Source: Microcoleus sp.
GTDB lineage: Bacteria; Cyanobacteriota; Cyanobacteriia; Cyanobacteriales; Microcoleaceae
NCBI GenBank assembly: GCA_042408215.1
Contig: JAYFMW010000006.1
Location: forward strand, 480,001 to 544,000
Direction of reading: 5' to 3'
DNA: 64,000 nucleotides
The position numbers and the translations under genes are program-made. Shown here one piece after another: positions 32,022 through 43,548 of this stretch. The notes below the pieces were generated by a model. It was not told the origin of the DNA, made no database searches, and saw only the letters and a list, made by a program, of their open reading frames with translations. Positions within the stretch are counted from its first letter, which is position 1. Each line of letters starts with the position of its first letter.

Positions 32022-32225
32022 ATGCTGGTTTCTATTTTAATAATTGACGTTGCCCTAGTTGCCTGGTCTTTGCACTTAATGCAGGAGGCGATCGCACAAC
32101 GGGAATTTTCTCTAGTGCTAGCCGGCACCCTAGTTGCGGTCTCAGCCGCAGCCTTGATAGTCGTCTACTTCCTCATGGGGTCTTGTCTGAGTCATTTAAG
32201 CGAAATATCCCAACACACATATTAA
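32022..32225 (+). CDS. Small two-TM hypothetical protein
   Basis: 67 aa with two hydrophobic helices; ATG start; contains HIP1. Confidence 0.65.
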   Translation: MLVSILIIDVALVAWSLHLMQEAIAQREFSLVLAGTLVAVSAAALIVVYFLMGSCLSHLSEISQHTY

Positions 32226-32376
32226 TAATAGTAGGGATTGAGAATTGTTCTTAAGCGAGGAGCCGTTTTTTGACAAAAAGCCGAAAGCCTTGCCAGTCGA
32301 AGGCTCCAAACTAATTTTGCCAAAAGGCTTGACAAACATCGGTAAGTTAAGGCATGATTGAGAGCGCGAAACGAAA

Positions 32377-32449
32377 GGGGAATTAGCTCAGTTGGTAGAG
32401 CACTACGATGGCATTGTAGGGGTCAGCGGTTCGAGCCCGCTATTCTCCA
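32377..32449 (+). tRNA. tRNA-Ala(GGC)
   Basis: Acceptor stem GGGGAAT/ATTCTCC-A with G3:U70, D arm AGCTCAGTTGGTAGAGC, anticodon loop ATGGCAT, T arm GGTTCGAGCC. TTGACA at about 32329 upstream. Confidence 0.95.
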
Positions 32450-32497
32450 TAAAACGGCAACAAAGACTAGGCGATACCGTAGGGAAACGGCACTGCC

Positions 32498-32705
32498 CAT
32501 AGGTGTCAACTTAAGCCTGAAAGCCTTGATAAATCTCGTTTTTACCTGAGTCTAGATCCCCCTAAATCCCCCTTAAGAAGGGGAGTAGGGGGTGACTTTG
32601 ATCGGACTCCTGTCCCCCCCTTCTTAAGGGGGGCTAGGGGGGATCTAGATTTAATAGTCTTGCCAACAGTCTGTGACAGGGTTTGACCTTAAGTTGACAC
32701 CAATG
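32498..32705. mobile_element. MITE copy D, inserted in a REP with 9-bp GGCACTGCC duplication
   Basis: GTAGGGAAAC GGCACTGCC|CATAGGTGTCAACTTAAG...CTTAAGTTGACACCAATG|GGCACTGCC GTGTCC. Confidence 0.9.
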
Positions 32706-32813
32706 GGCACTGCCGTGTCCTCTTTCGATGGTGACTTCGATGGTGGCGATCGCATCAAAAAAACCAATGTTTGGTAAAATCAGAACAGTCTACCCACAAC
32801 CAAGGGGCTACCT

Positions 32814-33965
32814 GTGGCAAAGTCAACTGAATCCAACAATCCAGAGAGGCCGAGTCAACTTGCCCGCACGCCTCTACACGACCTATCATTAGAACTCAAA
32901 GCTCGGATCGTGCCCTTTTCCGGGTGGGAGATGGCGGTGCAGTACAGCGGTCTGAGCAGCGAACATCAAGCAGTGCGATCGCAAGTAGGAATGTTCGACA
33001 TTTCCCACATGGGAAAATTTGGTTTGAGAGGGAAACAATTAAGAGAAAAATTTCAACTCTTAGTACCCTCCGACTTGAGTCGATTGCAACCTGGTCAAGC
33101 TCAATATACAGTATTGTTAAACGCCAAAGGCTGCATCTTAGACGACATTATTTTCTACTACCAAAAACCCGACACCACCACTAGCGAAGAACGTGCAGTA
33201 ATCATAGTTAATGCGGCCACTCGCATCCGAGACAAAGCTTGGATAGCCGCCCATTTAGAATTAAGCGGTATTAGTTTTACAGACATTTCCCCCGAAAAAG
33301 TTTTAATCGCAATTCAAGGCCCGGAAGCAGTCAATTATCTCCAGCCTTTAGTTACAGACAACCTCACCCCAATTAAAGCCTTCGGACACTTAGAAACAAA
33401 CCTATTGGGACAGCCAAGTTTTATCGCTAGAACTGGTTACACGGGGGAAGACGGGTTTGAGATAATGGTCGATGCAGAAATAGGAAAAGAACTGTGGAAA
33501 AAACTATTAGCTGCTGGCGTTGTACCCTGCGGTTTGGGTGCGAGAGATACCTTGCGTTTAGAAGCAGCAATGGCACTTTACGGTCAAGATATTGACTATA
33601 ATACGACACCTTTAGAAGCTGGACTAGGTTGGGTTGTTCACCTCGATAGCAAAGGCGATTTTATTGGCCGCGAGGTTTTGGAACAGCAGAAAGCGAGTGG
33701 AGTTTCCAAGCGGTTAGTAGGGTTAGAAATGCAGGGGCGACACATTGCTCGTCACGGCTATCCGGTAATCTTTGAAAGTGAAAAAGTAGGAGAAGTTACT
33801 AGCGGTACGTTGTCACCGACTTTGAATAAACCGATCGCCCTTGCCTATGTTCCCACAAAATTAGCTAAAATTGGTCAGGAATTACAAGTCGAAATTCGCG
33901 GCAAAAACTATCCGGCTACTGTGGTGAAAAAACCATTTTATCGATCGCCAAACCGACCGAGTTAA
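32814..33965 (+). CDS. gcvT: Glycine cleavage system aminomethyltransferase T
   Basis: [36 protein letters not shown]. Confidence 0.95.
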   Translation: MAKSTESNNPERPSQLARTPLHDLSLELKARIVPFSGWEMAVQYSGLSSEHQAVRSQVGMFDISHMGKFGLRGKQLREKFQLLVPSDLSRLQPGQAQYTVLLNAKGCILDDIIFYYQKPDTTTSEERAVIIVNAATRIRDKAWIAAHLELSGISFTDISPEKVLIAIQGPEAVNYLQPLVTDNLTPIKAFGHLETNLLGQPSFIARTGYTGEDGFEIMVDAEIGKELWKKLLAAGVVPCGLGARDTLRLEAAMALYGQDIDYNTTPLEAGLGWVVHLDSKGDFIGREVLEQQKASGVSKRLVGLEMQGRHIARHGYPVIFESEKVGEVTSGTLSPTLNKPIALAYVPTKLAKIGQELQVEIRGKNYPATVVKKPFYRSPNRPS

Positions 33966-33974
33966 ATTAAGTAA

Positions 33975-34155
33975 GTTAGGATTAATTCAGGGGCGGGCTA
34001 GAAGCCCAACCCCTACTCCCCACAATAAAATGTATTTCTTCTTGTGGAACGGGCTTCTAGCCCGTTAGGATTAATTCAGGGGCGGGCTAGAAGCCCAACC
34101 CCTACTCCCCACAATAAAATGTATTTCTTCTTGTGGAACGGGCTTCTAGCCCGTT
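33975..34155. repeat. Tandem duplication (~89 bp) of a GGGCTAGAAGCCC...GGGCTTCTAGCCC palindromic element
   Basis: Two identical units between convergent genes. Confidence 0.85.
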
Positions 34156-34157
34156 GC

Positions 34158-34995
34158 TCATAATTTTGGTAGAGAAGATTCATCGACTAGCTTAGCAAAT
34201 TTTCGCAAAGTTTCAGCATAGCGATCGCCCGCCACATCCATCAAATCATTGTGACCGGCCCCATCAACCCAAAAATTCAGTTTCGGCTCCTTGGCGGCCG
34301 CAAACAACTGCTCTCCATGCCAAAAATGCACCACCTCATCAGCCTTACCGTGAATCACCAAAACAGGCGATCGAACTTTGCCAATCTTATCAATATTCAC
34401 AAACTTGTCAAAGGGTAAAATCGGAATCCGCGTCAACACCCGAAAAGCCGAAACAAACGAACTTTCAACCACCGACAGATTGTCGCGAAGCCAAATCAAT
34501 TGCCGGCCCACCGCCCACAGAACGCCCGTAAACAATAATTTGCTTAGCAGGTACTCCCAACTGTTGCGTTAAATAATTGTAAGCAGCCTCAATATCACGA
34601 TAAGTATTATACTCAGAAGGCTTTCCCTGACTGGTGCCGTAACCTTGATAATCATAGGCAAACACAGCAAAACCGCTATCTCGAATCTCTCTGAGTACCC
34701 ACAAAATCCCGTCCAAATCTTCCGCATTCCCATGACTGTAAAGTATGGTATATTTAGCTTGCGGGTTAGGAAAATGAACAGCAGAAATTTTCATGCCATT
34801 AGCTGAGCCAACTTTGATCGCTTCCCTGCTATCACTCTGACTAGATGGGGGAGATTGAAAAATTAGCCCTTCTGAAAAAAAGCAAGCGTAAAAACACAAA
34901 AATGCGTAAATAAAAATTATAGAGCGCATAAGTCGTTTCCAAGAAAATTCTCCGAAAAGCAAGCGTTTAATATTTTTTCGGTTCCAGTTAGCCAT
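34158..34995 (-). pseudogene. Alpha/beta hydrolase (ABHD17-like), frameshifted near 34465
   Basis: 5' ORF has YSHGNAED, YDYQGYG and GRSVGG, then stops. A second frame continues VVESSFVSAFRV...IHGKADEVV...GAGHND. Confidence 0.85.
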
Positions 34996-35055
34996 CACTA
35001 AACACCCATAGTTCACTAAGATTTAATTGATACTTTGTTAATTGCGAGAAAAGAC

Positions 35056-35445
35056 ATGGCACTAAAATACCCCGATGACTTGAAATACCTAGACACCCAC
35101 GAATACATCCGACTCGAAGGCGAAATTGCCACCATCGGCATCAGCGCCTTTGCCGTGGATCAACTAGGTGATATCGTATTTCTGGAATTGCCAGAAGTCG
35201 GTTCAACGGTGGAAAAGGGCGAAACTTTCGGTACTGTCGAGTCAGTGAAAGCCGTTGAAGACTTGAAAGCGCCCGTTACCGGCACTGTCGTAGAACGCAA
35301 TGATGCCATTGTAGAGTCTCCTGAGAATTTGGCGGAAGACCCCTACGCCGAAGGGTGGCTGCTGAAAGTGCGCGTTGACAATCCCAGGGAAGTCGATGAT
35401 GCTTTGTCAGTCGAAGACTATCACCTAATGGTGGAAGGGAAATAG
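35056..35445 (+). CDS. gcvH: Glycine cleavage system H protein
   Basis: [15 protein letters not shown] and VESVKAV lipoyl motif; start at MALKY. Confidence 0.95.
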   Translation: MALKYPDDLKYLDTHEYIRLEGEIATIGISAFAVDQLGDIVFLELPEVGSTVEKGETFGTVESVKAVEDLKAPVTGTVVERNDAIVESPENLAEDPYAEGWLLKVRVDNPREVDDALSVEDYHLMVEGK

Positions 35446-35779
35446 GGAATAGGGAATAGGGCATGGGGAATAGGGCATAGGGCATGGGGCATGGGGCATA
35501 GGGCATGGGGCCGAAAGCATTGGGCATTCGTAGCCATCTCTCCCACTCTCCCCTCTCCCCTCCTCCTTCTATCAAGTTATATCAATTCCGGTTGCATCGG
35601 AATGATTTAACCGCAGAGAACGCAGAGAACGCAGAGGGAGATTCAGAGAGAGATGAATAATTCCGCTGAAGAGAGGATTTGATCTACATCCGTTAAATCC
35701 GCTACAAAATCCGCTGCCGAACCTCCTCCTATCCGCTACATCCGTTAAATCCGTTACAAAATCCGTTGCCGAACTTCCT

Positions 35780-38700
35780 TTGCAAAATGTTACAAACAAA
35801 GAAGCAAAAGTCTATTCAGGAGAATCCGCCTTGGTACTCTACAGTTCTGAAATTGAGTCAAATCAACAACAAAACCTTACTCCCATAGATGGTTTTGCGC
35901 GCCGGCACATTGGCCCGACACCAAGCGAAATCCAGCAAATGCTCGATGTTTTGGGCATTGACAGCCTCGATGATTTGATTGACAAAACGGTTCCGGCGGC
36001 GATTCGCCTCCCGCATCCTCTCGAACTGCTTGCTGCAAAAAGCGAGTATGCTGCATTGGCAGAATTGAAAGAAATTGCGACAAAAAATCAGGTATTGCGA
36101 TCGTACATCGGCACTGGATATCACGACTGCATCACACCCCCGGTAATTGGGCGCAATATCCTAGAAAATCCCGGCTGGTATACAGCTTACACTCCCTACC
36201 AAGCTGAAATTGCCCAAGGGCGATTAGAAGCTTTGCTAAATTTCCAAACCATGATAATTGACCTCACGGGTTTGGAAATTGCCAACGCTTCTTTGCTGGA
36301 TGAAGGAACAGCAGCAGCGGAAGCGATGACAGTAAGTTATGGTGTCTCTAAGAATAAGGGAAAAGCGTTTTTTGTGGCTCAAGATTGCCATCCTCAAACT
36401 ATTGAAGTGGTGCAAACTCGCGCTAAGCCCCTGGGAATTGATGTGATTGTGGGCGACCATCGAGACTTTAAATGCGATCGCACAATCTTCGGTGCCCTGC
36501 TACAATACCCTGCAACAGACGGCGCAATTTACGACTACACAGATTTTATCGCATCAGCCCACGAAGTCGGCGCATTAGTCACAGTTGCCGCCGATATTTT
36601 GAGCCTTTGCGTGCTCACACCCCCAGGCGAATTCGGCGCTGACATAGCCGTAGGAAGCACCCAGCGCTTCGGAATTCCGATGGGATTCGGGGGGCCTCAC
36701 GCAGCCTATTTCGCCACGCGAGAAGAGTTTAAACGGCAAGTTCCAGGGCGAATTGTGGGAGTATCAAAAGATGCTAACGGCAAATCAGCTTTACGTTTGG
36801 CATTGCAAACTCGCGAACAGCACATCCGCCGCGAAAAAGCAACGAGCAATATTTGTACTGCTCAAGTTTTGCTAGCAGTAATGGCGGGTATGTATGCTGT
36901 TTATCACGGTCCCCAGGGGCTAAAACAAATTGCGGAACAAGTACGCAGTTTAACTGCAATCTTGGCCTCCGGTTTGCAAGGCTTCGGATACAAAATTGGT
37001 GCTGAACCTTTCTTCGATACTCTGCGGGTAGAATTGGGAGATAGACAATTAGCTGAAATTTTAGAATCTGCTCAAAATTACCAGATTAATCTCCGGGTTT
37101 TTGATGAAAAAACCGTGGGAATTAGTCTGGATGAAACTGTAACTGCGGCCGATGTAAAAAAGTTGTTGGCAATTTTTGCAGAGAAGAAAGATGTTATCAA
37201 TGCTGATGGCGACATTTTTGTGAGTATGTCGCTAGATGCAGATGATTTTACCTCATCTTTAGTGTATCCGGCTTTTTGCGATCGCACCAGCGGCTATCTC
37301 ACTCATCCAGTCTTTAACAGCTACCACTCGGAAACCGAACTTTTGCGCTATATGCACCGATTGGAAGCCAAGGATTTATCGCTGAATACATCGATGATTC
37401 CCTTGGGTTCCTGTACGATGAAATTGAATGCAACTGCGGAAATGTTGCCGGTGAGTTGGCCAGAATTTAGCAAGATTCATCCCTTCGCACCCAGCCATCA
37501 AACTCGTGGCTATCAAATGATGTTTGTGCAACTCGAACAATGGCTGGCAGAAATCACAGGTTTTGCCGGAATTTCCTTACAACCAAACGCAGGTTCCCAA
37601 GGCGAATATGCGGGTTTGTTAGTAATTCGTCAATACCACGAAAATCGCGGCGAATCTCACCGCAATATTTGTTTGATTCCCCAGTCAGCCCACGGTACAA
37701 ATCCAGCCAGCGCGGTGATGGCTGGGATGAAAGTAGTTGCGGTTGATTGCGATTCTCAGGGAAATATTGATGTTTCTGACTTGCAAAAAAAAGCCGAAAA
37801 GCACAAAAATGAACTAGCTGCTTTGATGGTAACATATCCATCTACCCACGGCGTTTTTGAAGCAGAAATTAAAGAGATTTGCGAGATTGTCCATCAAGCC
37901 GGCGGACAGGTTTATATGGACGGGGCTAATATGAATGCTCAAGTTGGTTTGTGTCGCCCTGGTGATTTTGGTGCTGATGTTTGTCACTTGAATTTGCACA
38001 AAACTTTCTGCATTCCCCACGGTGGCGGCGGCCCAGGAATGGGGCCGATTGGGGTGATGTCTCATTTGGTGGAATTTTTGCCTGATGTGTCGGTCGATCC
38101 CCCCCAGCCCCCCTTAACAAGGGGGGGGCAAGAGTTAGCTAATCAATCGATAGAACCTCCAAGAAATGGGGGGCAAGAGTTGGCTAATCAATCGATAGAA
38201 CCTCCAACAACTGGGGGGCAAGAGTTGGCTAATCAATCGATAGAACCTCCAACAACTGGGGGGCAAGAGTTGGCTAATCAATCGATAGAACCTCCAACAA
38301 CTGGGGGGCAAGAGTTGGCTAATCAATCGATAGAACCTCCAATAAATGGGGATAAAGATAGCAATTCTATAGGTGCTGTTTCGGCTGCGCCTTGGGGAAG
38401 TGCCAGCATTTTGACTATTTCTTGGATGTACATTCGGATGATGGGAGGAGTGGGTTTAACTGAGGCGACAAAAGTTGCAATTCTTAATGCTAATTACATG
38501 GCAAAACGGTTAGAATCCTATTATCCGGTTTTGTACAAAGGGAAATCGGGTTTGGTGGCGCATGAGTGTATTTTGGATTTGCGACTTCTCAAGAAAACCG
38601 CAGGTATTGAAGTGGAAGATATTGCCAAACGCCTGATGGATTACGGCTATCACGCGCCGACGGTTTCTTGGCCAGTCGCCGGTACGGTGATGGTGGAACC

Positions 38701-39007
38701 GACGGAAAGCGAATCAAAGCAGGAATTAGACCGTTTTTGCGATGCGATGATTGCGATTCGAGCGGAAATTGCGGAGATTGAAAACGGCAATGTTGACGCG
38801 CAAAATAACGTCTTGAAAAATGCACCGCACACCGCAGAATCTCTGATGGTTGATGAGTGGAATCATCCTTATACTCGCGCGCAAGCCGCTTATCCGACAG
38901 CTTGGACTCGCGAATATAAGTTTTGGCCTGCGGTGGGTAGGATAGATAATGCTTTTGGCGATCGCAATTTTGTCTGTTCTTGTTTACCAATGGAGGCTTA
39001 CACTTAA
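35780..39007 (+). CDS. gcvP: Glycine dehydrogenase (decarboxylating) P protein with a repeat insertion
   Basis: [51 protein letters not shown]. Start uncertain (possibly TTG at 35831). Confidence 0.95.
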   Translation: MQNVTNKEAKVYSGESALVLYSSEIESNQQQNLTPIDGFARRHIGPTPSEIQQMLDVLGIDSLDDLIDKTVPAAIRLPHPLELLAAKSEYAALAELKEIATKNQVLRSYIGTGYHDCITPPVIGRNILENPGWYTAYTPYQAEIAQGRLEALLNFQTMIIDLTGLEIANASLLDEGTAAAEAMTVSYGVSKNKGKAFFVAQDCHPQTIEVVQTRAKPLGIDVIVGDHRDFKCDRTIFGALLQYPATDGAIYDYTDFIASAHEVGALVTVAADILSLCVLTPPGEFGADIAVGSTQRFGIPMGFGGPHAAYFATREEFKRQVPGRIVGVSKDANGKSALRLALQTREQHIRREKATSNICTAQVLLAVMAGMYAVYHGPQGLKQIAEQVRSLTAILASGLQGFGYKIGAEPFFDTLRVELGDRQLAEILESAQNYQINLRVFDEKTVGISLDETVTAADVKKLLAIFAEKKDVINADGDIFVSMSLDADDFTSSLVYPAFCDRTSGYLTHPVFNSYHSETELLRYMHRLEAKDLSLNTSMIPLGSCTMKLNATAEMLPVSWPEFSKIHPFAPSHQTRGYQMMFVQLEQWLAEITGFAGISLQPNAGSQGEYAGLLVIRQYHENRGESHRNICLIPQSAHGTNPASAVMAGMKVVAVDCDSQGNIDVSDLQKKAEKHKNELAALMVTYPSTHGVFEAEIKEICEIVHQAGGQVYMDGANMNAQVGLCRPGDFGADVCHLNLHKTFCIPHGGGGPGMGPIGVMSHLVEFLPDVSVDPPQPPLTRGGQELANQSIEPPRNGGQELANQSIEPPTTGGQELANQSIEPPTTGGQELANQSIEPPTTGGQELANQSIEPPINGDKDSNSIGAVSAAPWGSASILTISWMYIRMMGGVGLTEATKVAILNANYMAKRLESYYPVLYKGKSGLVAHECILDLRLLKKTAGIEVEDIAKRLMDYGYHAPTVSWPVAGTVMVEPTESESKQELDRFCDAMIAIRAEIAEIENGNVDAQNNVLKNAPHTAESLMVDEWNHPYTRAQAAYPTAWTREYKFWPAVGRIDNAFGDRNFVCSCLPMEAYT
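38123..38347 (+). repeat. Coding 45-bp tandem repeat x5 ([15 protein letters not shown]) in gcvP
   Basis: Direct reading; preceded by a CCCCCCAGCCCCCCTTAACAAGGGGGG hairpin seed. Confidence 0.95.
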
Positions 39008-39012
39008 GGTTG

Positions 39013-39750
39013 AAACCGGGTTTTTTGCCCAAATTAAAACTGTTACCTAAATCTCGGAAAAAACCCGGTTTCTGAACCTCACCTAAAGCCCCCAAGAAAC
39101 CGGGTTTTTGCGACAATACTTAATCACAACCCAAAATCTCGGAAAAAACCCGGTTTCTCAGCCCACGCGAAGACTCCAAGAAACCGGGTTTCTACGAGTA
39201 TCTAAACATCCTCACGCCCGATTTAGGAAGAAACCCGGTTTCTGAGCACCGTGCTACATCCAAGAAACCGGGTTTCTGCGATAATTTATGTATCATCACC
39301 CAGATTCAGGAAGAAACCCGGTTTCTACCTCCCCACCAACAGCCTCCAAACTCCATAAGCACCGCGAAGACTCCAAGAAACCGGGTTTCTACGAGTATCT
39401 AAACATCCTCACGCCCGATTTAGGAAGAAACCCGGTTTCTGAGCACCGTGCTACATCCAAGAAACCGGGTTTCTGCGATAATTTATGTATCATCACCCAG
39501 ATTCAGGAAGAAACCCGGTTTCTACCTCCCCACCAACAGCCTCCAAACTCCATAAGCACCGCGAAGACTCCAAGAAACCGGGTTTCTACGAGTATCTAAA
39601 CATCCTCACGCCCGATTTAGGAAGAAACCCGGTTTCTGAGCACCGTGCTACATCCAAGAAACCGGGTTTCTGCGATAATTTATGTATCATCACCCAGATT
39701 CAGGAAGAAACCTGGTTTCTACCTCCCCACCAACAGCCTCCAAACTCCAT
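39013..39750. repeat. AAACCGGGTTT/AAACCCGGTTT array with a 197-bp higher-order unit (about x3)
   Basis: Identical blocks recur at 39288, 39485 and 39682. Confidence 0.9.
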
Positions 39751-39963
39751 AACTTAGAAACAAAATTTGTAGTTTGCATTAACAACCAAGACTATCCAGC
39801 ATCATTGGAAGTGCGAAAAATCTACCAAATAATCCCGGATAATCGCGGTGGGGAACATCAATTGATCCGAGTTATTGATGAATCTGGCGAAGATTATTTG
39901 TATCCAGTTGCATATTTTGTACCCATCGCATTGCCGCAAGCTGTAGCAGCCGTATTTGCCTAG
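39751..39963 (+). pseudogene. Conserved small hypothetical protein whose 5' end is overrun by repeats
   Basis: KFVVCINNQDYPASLEVRKIYQIIPD...IRVIDESGEDYLYP is protein-like, but its only start codon lies inside the repeat array. Confidence 0.6.
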
Positions 39964-39981
39964 TAGAAACTATCAATTCTA

Positions 39982-40925
39982 TTACGCACTTCGACTAAAG
40001 AAACCGGGTTTTTACTGAAGCTGTCGGTGGGAACGAAATATTGTCGTAAAAAACCCGGTTTCTGAGCTTACGCACTTCGACTAAAGAAACCGGGTTTTTA
40101 CTGAAGCTGTCGGTGGGAACGAAATATTGTCGTAAAAAACCCGGTTTCTGAGCTTACGCACTTCGACTAAAGAAACCGGGTTTTTACTGAAGCTGTCGGT
40201 GGGAAGGAAATATTGTCGTAAAAAACCCGGTTTCTGAGCTTACCCACTTCGACTAAAGAAACCGGGTTTTTACTGAAGCTGTTGGTGGGAAGGAAATATT
40301 GTCGTAAAAAACCCGGTTTCTGAGCTTACCCACTTCGACTAAAGAAACCGGGTTTTTACTGAAGCTGTTGGTGGGAAGGAAATATTGTCGTAAAAAACCC
40401 GGTTTCTGAGCTTACCCACTTCGACTAAAGAAACCGGGTTTTTACTGAAGCTGTTGGTGGGAAGGAAATATTGTCGTAAAAAACCCGGTTTCTGAGCTTA
40501 CCCACTTCGACTAAAGAAACCGGGTTTTTACTGAAGCTGTTGGTGGGAAGGAAATATTGTCGTAAAAAACCCGGTTTCTGAGCTTACCCACTTCGACTAA
40601 AGAAACCGGGTTTTTACTGAAGCTGTTGGTGGGAAGGAAATATTGTCGTAAAAAACCCGGTTTCTGAGCTTACCCACTTCGACTAAAGAAACCGGGTTTT
40701 TACTGAAGCTGTTGGTGGGAAGGAAATATTGTCGTAAAAAACCCGGTTTCTGAGCACCATGCTACATCCAAGAAACCGGGTTTTTACTGAAGCTGTCGGT
40801 GGGAAGGAAATATTGTCGTAAAAAACCCGGTTTCTGAGCTTACCCACTTCGACTAAAGAAACCGGGTTTTTACTGAAGCTGTTGGTGGGAAGGAAATATT
40901 GTCGTAAAAAACCCGGTTTCTGAGT
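39982..40925. repeat. 86-bp tandem array (about 11 units) of inverted-arm repeat
   Basis: Unit TTACCCACTTCGACTAAAGAAACCGGGTTTTTACTGAAGCTGTTGGTGGGAAGGAAATATTGTCGTAAAAAACCCGGTTTCTGAGC. Confidence 0.95.
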
Positions 40926-40930
40926 CAATC

Positions 40931-41335
40931 TCAAGGAGTAAGCTGTTGTGCATTTAAATCGTCCTCAGCATCCAAGTGTGTCAGGGGACAAATACAACTC
41001 TCCTTTCCCAGCCACTGCGATCCTACTTGATGCAAGGCGGCCATCACTGGTTGAATTTGGCGACCTTTGGGCGTGAGGGAATATTCTACACGGGGTGGAA
41101 TCTCGGCATACACTCGGCGATCGACTAACCCTTGAGCTTCCAACTCTCGGAGGCGCTGAGTCAGGGTTTTGGTGCTGATTCCCGGAAGCGCTGCGAGTAA
41201 TTCGTGGGTACGCCGATCGCCACCAAACAGTTCGCGTAGAACCAAAATTGACCATTTATTGTCCAACAAATCCAGCACAAATTGAATCGGACATTTAATC
41301 TCTATGCACTGACTGGGTTCCAGCATAAACTCCAT
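40931..41335 (-). CDS. chlR: HxlR/MarR-type winged-helix regulator, probable ChlR
   Basis: CPIQFVLDLLDNKW, KTLTQRLRELE, PPRVEYSLT; four Cys; divergent from acsF-ho2-hemN. Confidence 0.78.
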   Translation of the reverse strand: MEFMLEPSQCIEIKCPIQFVLDLLDNKWSILVLRELFGGDRRTHELLAALPGISTKTLTQRLRELEAQGLVDRRVYAEIPPRVEYSLTPKGRQIQPVMAALHQVGSQWLGKESCICPLTHLDAEDDLNAQQLTP

Positions 41336-41407
41336 TCAAATTTGCCTCCATGATAATTTCCATATTTCCTTTAGAAATGGCTCAAGCGTCCTATGGGCTT
41401 CTATGCT

Positions 41408-41440
41408 TTACTTTTAGTAACTATAGGATACCACTGGTAA
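41408..41440. promoter_or_regulatory. Two tandem palindromes, candidate ChlR operator
   Basis: TTACT-TTT-AGTAA (41408-41420) and ATACC-ACT-GGTAA (41428-41440); similar to the ChlR motif TTMCC-N3/4-GGWAA as recalled. Confidence 0.6.
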
Positions 41441-41516
41441 CTGACTTGTGGGCGATCGCGGATTCAGGAACAATTGGCGCACAGCGATCAATCCTGAACA
41501 ATCCACTCTTCACTCT

Positions 41517-42593
41517 ATGGTCAGTTCAACTACTAAATCGGAGTCGGCTGGTCTACCATCCGGCATTAAAGCACCCGTTCAAGAAACTCTGTTAACACCC
41601 CGGTTTTACACCACAAATTTTGATGCCGTCGCTGAGATGGATTTGTCTGAGCAACAAGCGGAATTAGAAGCAGTTGTAGCAGAATTGCGCGCCGACTATA
41701 ACCGCCACCATTTTGTCCGCAATCAAGAGTTTGAGCAATGCTGGGACAACATTGATGGCGAAACACGACAGGCGTTTATTGACTTTCTAGAACGCTCCTG
41801 TACCTCGGAATTTTCGGGTTTTCTGTTGTTCAAAGAACTCTCCCGCAAACTTAAGAATCGCCAACCTTTGTTATCGGAAGCGTTTAGCTTACTGGCACGG
41901 GATGAAGCGCGTCATGCTGGTTTCTTGAATAAGGCGATGACGGATTTTGGGTTGTCTCTGGATCTCGGCTATTTAACAAAAAATCGTACCTACACATTCT
42001 TCCCTCCAGAATGGGTGATCTATACGGTTTATCTGTCGGAAAAAATTGGCTACTGGCGCTATATTTTGGTGTTTCGCCATCTTGAACAACATCCAGAACA
42101 TCGAATTTATCCCCTGTTTCGCTACTTCGATAATTGGTGCCAGGACGAAAATCGGCATGGGGATTTCTTTAAGGCTTTGTTGCGATCGCAGCCCCAACTC
42201 TGGAATAGCTGGAAGGCAAGACTCTGGGCCCGCTTTTTCCTACTGACGGTGTTTGCCACCCACACCATGACGGTGTTGGAACGCTCTACATTTTATGACT
42301 CGATCGGCATCGACCCCCAGGAGTATAACAAGCAGGTCATTCATCACACCAACGCAACTGCCAAAGGGGCGTTTCCCAGTATTTTAGATACTCACCATCC
42401 AGAATTCTTTCCCCGTTTGGAGCAATGCGCGATCGCCAATCAAAAGTTGGCAGAAATCTCAAGTAACCAGCGCCCTGCCGCCATCCAATTTTGCCAAAAA
42501 TTACCCTGGATTGCTGCGATCGCGTGGCAGTTGTTGCGCCTTTATTTACTGCCCTCGATTAATGCTGAAACGTCCAGAACCGTGATTAATTAG
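41517..42593 (+). CDS. acsF: Mg-protoporphyrin IX monomethyl ester oxidative cyclase (low-O2 paralog, chlAII/acsF2)
   Basis: ETLLTPRFYTT, SCTSEFSG, and DEARHAG and DENRHG diiron motifs; ATG at 41517. Confidence 0.93.
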   Translation: MVSSTTKSESAGLPSGIKAPVQETLLTPRFYTTNFDAVAEMDLSEQQAELEAVVAELRADYNRHHFVRNQEFEQCWDNIDGETRQAFIDFLERSCTSEFSGFLLFKELSRKLKNRQPLLSEAFSLLARDEARHAGFLNKAMTDFGLSLDLGYLTKNRTYTFFPPEWVIYTVYLSEKIGYWRYILVFRHLEQHPEHRIYPLFRYFDNWCQDENRHGDFFKALLRSQPQLWNSWKARLWARFFLLTVFATHTMTVLERSTFYDSIGIDPQEYNKQVIHHTNATAKGAFPSILDTHHPEFFPRLEQCAIANQKLAEISSNQRPAAIQFCQKLPWIAAIAWQLLRLYLLPSINAETSRTVIN

Positions 42594-42604
42594 GAGATAC
42601 GATC

Positions 42605-43351
42605 ATGACTAATCTATCGACACGCCTCCGAGAAGGCACGATGCAATCCCACACCACATCCGAAAATACGGCATTTATGAAATGCTTTCTGAAAGGCATT
42701 GTGGAACGGGAACCCTTGCGTAAACTATTAGCCGATTTGTACTTTGTCTACAGCACCCTAGAAACGGCTTTGCAGAGCCATGTCAACCACCCGATCGTCG
42801 GGGCCCTCTATTTCCCTGAGTTAAATAGGGCTGAGAATCTGGCTCGCGATTTAGCGTTTTATTACGGTGAAAATTGGCGGGAGCAAATTACGGCTTCGCC
42901 AGCGGGTTGTGTGTATCGCGATCGCATTCAAACCCTCTCAGAAACCGATCCGGCGTTGCTGATTGCCCATGCTTACACCCGCTACATGGGTGATTTATCC
43001 GGCGGACAAAGCTTGAAAAACGTGATTCGAGCGGCACTATCTTTGCCATCAAATCAAGGCACTGACTTCTATGAATTTGACCAAATCTCGACACCGGAAG
43101 CAAGGCGAGTATTTAAGGAACGCTATCGCCAAACCTTGGATGAGTTTCCGGTGGATGCTGACACGATCGAGCGAATTGTCGCAGAAGCAAATGCGGCATT
43201 TGCCCTCAATCGGGATGTGATGCATGAACTCGAAGCTGATGTGAAAGCGGCGATCGGAGAGCATACCTTTGATTTGCTGACTCGGCAAGATCGCCCCGGC
43301 AGCACAGAACGCCGCGGGCATGGGGCTGAGCGAGAATCTGTCGCGAAATAG
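42605..43351 (+). CDS. ho2: Heme oxygenase 2 (biliverdin-producing)
   Basis: LREGT..SH, AHAYTRYMGDLSGGQ, EANAAFALN; C-terminal extension and gene context fit HO2. Confidence 0.9.
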   Translation: MTNLSTRLREGTMQSHTTSENTAFMKCFLKGIVEREPLRKLLADLYFVYSTLETALQSHVNHPIVGALYFPELNRAENLARDLAFYYGENWREQITASPAGCVYRDRIQTLSETDPALLIAHAYTRYMGDLSGGQSLKNVIRAALSLPSNQGTDFYEFDQISTPEARRVFKERYRQTLDEFPVDADTIERIVAEANAAFALNRDVMHELEADVKAAIGEHTFDLLTRQDRPGSTERRGHGAERESVAK

Positions 43352-43409
43352 AGCGCCCAAGGAAAACAAGATCGATCGTATCTTTACAGCAATACGGTTC
43401 AGTTAAGTT

Positions 43410-43494
43410 CGATCCCCCCTAGCCCCCCTTACAAAGGGGGGGACAAGAACTTGACTCAAAGTCCCCCTTTTTAAGGGGGATTTAGGGGGATCTC
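43410..43494. repeat. CCCCCTAGCCCCCCTT..AAGGGGG double-hairpin dispersed repeat
   Basis: Same sequence family as the cargo of MITE copies A-D, here without their TIRs. Confidence 0.8.
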
Positions 43495-43548
43495 CGGGTT
43501 TGATGCAAAGTTTGAAAACACGCCCTAACACCTAACACCTACAGTTTC

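Noticed and set aside
32377..32449. tRNA-anchored genomic island
   Set aside because: No integrase and no duplicated tRNA 3' end seen; housekeeping gcvT follows.
32450..32813. Glycine riboswitch upstream of gcvT
   Set aside because: The region is occupied by a REP and a MITE; no aptamer motifs were recognised.
38084..38365. Intein or intron in gcvP
   Set aside because: No Cys/Ser start with His-Asn end and no intron structure; it is a simple tandem repeat.
39982..40925. Possible CRISPR array (also 48361-49072, 14166-14420 and 19476-19863)
   Set aside because: The intervening sequences are identical or homologous rather than unique spacers, the arms alternate in orientation, and there are no cas genes.
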